Source of the DNA: Bilabrum cf. latius | Taxonomy: Eukaryota | Direction: 5' to 3' | Assembly: GCA_965178125.1 (NCBI GenBank) | Contig: OZ237755.1 | Coordinates: 930,001-994,000, forward strand | Length of the DNA stretch: 64,000 nucleotides | In this document: positions 61,324 through 64,000 of the stretch, one piece after another | How positions within the stretch are numbered: the stretch's first letter is position 1 | How the letters are laid out: every line of letters starts with the position of its first letter | Made by a program: the position numbers and the translations under genes | The notes under the pieces: generated by a model | What the model was told of the DNA's origin: nothing | The model's input: only the letters and a program-made list of their open reading frames with translations | The model's database searches: none

Positions 61324-63095
61324 ATGGCATCCATTTTTTCTAGCTTCATGAGCAAGAAGACCAGCGAGTATGGGGTATGGGTAGATGATGAAGCTCTCCC
61401 AAATTGTATGGTGTGTGATACTGCCTTCAGCCTTTCACAGCGAAAGCACCACTGCCGCAACTGTGGAGCGAGTGCCTGTGGCAATTGCACAAAAAACACT
61501 ATGTTCTTGGAATCTTCGAGATCAGGACAGCCGAAAAGGATCTGTGACTGGTGCTATTTTCAGGACCGGCTGTGGGATGAAACCGATGAAGATACTATCA
61601 AGCCAGAGGATTGCAGCGACCCAGCGCGACCACACATCATTCAGCAGGTAAGAGGCACGAGCAACACGGCTCCATTTGGTTTGTGAATATCAATTTCGAT
61701 GTGTTTATTCCGACGAGTTCAGCTCATACACACTACTCGCCTTCATCCCCGCAGCCCCGAGTCAATGTTGCCGATGCATCCGCCTATGGCAAGGACGCGG
61801 TCCTGGCGGGACGTTGGAAGGCCATCATGATGTGCCACTACTGGCCCCTTACCCTTGTAGGGTCATCAAAAGAAAAAGGCGAGGATGGCGCAGACCGGAT
61901 GGTCTCCGTGAACAGGCTGGAGTGGGACCTTGACCTCGGCTCGAAGGGGTCTGCTGTGCGCGGCAGGGGTGGCTCGATCCCGGACGTGGCAGCAGGGTCA
62001 ATTGCCGAAGGCCATGTGCTCCCTTCGACTGGCAAGGTCGAATTGAACTTACACGTTCCGGGAGGCGGTGACATGCGCCCGGGCTTCTCGAAAGGTGCGC
62101 CGCACGGCATGCGAGTGCGCATGCTGGGGTGGTTCAAAGGGGACGGGTGCATCGTGGGGCGCTTTGAGGCTGAGAGCAGAGACAAGCCACTGTCGGAGTC
62201 GCTGTTGCGTGGTGCATCTGTTGGTCCCGGGAGCGAGCTGGAGGGGCTGAGCGCGCCGCTCATCGTGGCCCTAAGGGGGTTTGACTACACCCCCATGCGT
62301 GGCTCTGCTCCCTTTCTGGGGACGTTCACACTCGTCCCAACCGATGGAGCGGTGCAGTCCGCGGTTGATCTGTCCAGCGTTGATCCTAAAGAGGCGCAGG
62401 TGGGCCTTCCTGCGAGAAAGCAGCGAGCTGGTGGTCCTAGGCGGGGCGGCGCTGCCAGTAGCTCGGCTGGCTCGGCTGCTGCCGGGGGTGCAGGGGGCGG
62501 CTCCGCAGCCGGCAAGTCGCCCAAGGCGAGCGCGGGGGCCCCTTAGGTAGACAAGAAGGAGGCCATTGCAGCACTGCAAGAGGTAGAGTGGGACGGAGAG
62601 TGGGAGTTCGTCCTGACTTATCAAAGCGTAGAGCTGAATGCTGGTGGGTCCAGCACAGTGGGCGGCATGGATGTCGACGCGTTCCGCGCTTCGCCTGCAG
62701 GTGGCCGCGGGGCCGGCCGTCTGGGTGCTTCAACGCAGGTTCGAGCTGGCAGCAAGCAGCTGGTGGACATCACTTTGAAGGCGAAGAGCAGGACGTACAT
62801 CGGAGGTACGGCTGAAGACATGGGCCAGTTCGGCAAGAAGATCACGGTCACCGGGTCCATTCAGCGCGCCACGGGCAAGGTCACTCTCCAGCTATCTGCC
62901 AAGGGTGCCTCTGTCAGCACCAATTTTACCTTGAATGGGCATTTTAACAAGGAGGGGCAGATGCTCGGCACATTTACCGGATGTGAAATCGCCCGTGACG
63001 CGGGTAGCGTGTCTGGGATCTTCAAGGCTGTGCGCTCAGGGGAGGGGTCTGGCGCTGGCGACGGCCCCGACAAAGAGGCCAGCGATGACGAGTAA
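61324..63095 (+). CDS. FYVE zinc-finger protein with two tandem beta-rich C-terminal domains; intron 61648-61754
   Basis: Motifs WVDD, CMVC..F, RKHHCRNCG..C..C, RICDWC. TAG at 62544; TAA stop. Confidence 0.85.
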
Positions 63096-63324
63096 GCCTT
63101 GGCGAATCAGATCGAGGGCAGACAAGGGCGCAGGGTCTTAAGGATAAGGCTTGGAGAGCTTCTAGAGCTTGTGGTGGTTTGTTCTGGACTCATTGTCTTA
63201 GTTGTATCCGTAAACAGCATGCAAAACATTAAAAATTCGCTCCGCCTACCCCTCTTGTTGGAGGGTTGCCCACCAAGCAAGACTCACGCCACTCGGATTC
63301 TATCCGGATGGGCGAACCATTGAG

Positions 63325-64000
63325 TTACGGCACCACACGCATTCCTTCACGTTGGAGTGCAACTGATACAGCACCCTCCGTTGCCACCGCTGTCCACCAC
63401 TGCCCATCTACGCCATCATCAGAGCCTCCTGCCTTGGTGCCACCCTCGAGTAGGCTCTCCCAGCGGCTCCACACGGCTTCCACGCCATCCCTTGAGTCAC
63501 CACACCCCGCTTGCACCGCCTCTCGCGCTTTGTTTTCAGCAAACCTGGCATCGCGTGAGGTTGGCTTAAGCACGCCAACGACTGTAGGAGCGTGCACTTC
63601 TCTTGCAGATGATGCCCCCGAAGCACTTGTGAGTCCGTCCTCGAGGCTGCCCAGGTAAGCCAGCAAGGCCTGCGCATCTCGCACGGACACTGGATGCTCC
63701 TCTATCCCGCTCCTTCCAATCGCTTCGATCAGTTTGTCTGCGGAAATAGTGCGCCGAGAGCTCAAGAGTGCGGCCCAGTGTCCCTCGCTCTCCGGCCCCT
63801 TGGCCTCATCCGCTGCACACACGGCCTCCCGAATCCTCTGCAGTGCGCTCCACACAGCGTCAGGCATGCTGGCAAGTGCCAAAGCCTACCTCCAGAAAAC
63901 CGCGCCCTCAGACTCGCTGTGCGTTGAGAGCCAGTCGGAGACACTCCGTGCATCCACATCGGCTGGCGAAGTGCCGGACTCCCGTTCTCCGGATTCTGGG
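63325..64000 (-). CDS. 3' end of a hypothetical protein that starts beyond the window
   Basis: Frame open from the window edge through one TAG (63886) to TAA at 63325. Confidence 0.55.

Noticed and set aside
1899-63888. Mass pseudogenisation, C-to-T errors or RIP-like mutation as the source of in-frame stops
   Set aside because: Only TAG occurs internally. There are no CAA>TAA or CGA>TGA stops and no frameshifts, and essential genes keep intact catalytic motifs.
1-64000. Suppressor tRNA-Gln(CUA) or eRF1 gene in this window
   Set aside because: No cloverleaf or eRF1 motifs noticed by eye; tRNAscan-SE is needed to exclude one.

Overview
Gene-dense, GC-rich nuclear DNA of a flagellated microbial eukaryote. 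The style suggests a stramenopile/bicosoecid, but that is inference only. It holds about 28 protein-coding genes with short GT-AG introns and very short intergenic gaps. Main observation: the genome uses a non-standard nuclear code in which TAG is a sense codon, almost certainly Gln, while TAA and TGA both remain stops. Dozens of in-frame TAGs interrupt essential genes (RPA1, XPO1, SEC31, SAS-6, DRG2, SNU13, a Rab), several at invariant Gln positions (Rab DTAG[Q]ERF, DRG RT[Q]KNKAT) or inside poly-Q tracts. Every gene I traced ends in TAA or TGA. This is why the supplied ORF track is fragmented. Other points: two ~2.2-kb TIR elements with exact target-site duplications (a hAT-like one with an 8-bp TSD and an unclassified one with a 6-bp TSD); a MKS1/SAS-6/MZT1 basal-body gene trio; a candidate eIF4E-binding repressor visible only with TAG=Gln; a divergent CRM1 with Thr at the leptomycin-B Cys; a FYVE protein with a duplicated unrecognised beta-domain; and Snu13 with an N-terminal KKE tail. 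All gene identities come from motif recognition by eye, not database searches. I saw no rRNA, tRNA or CRISPR.
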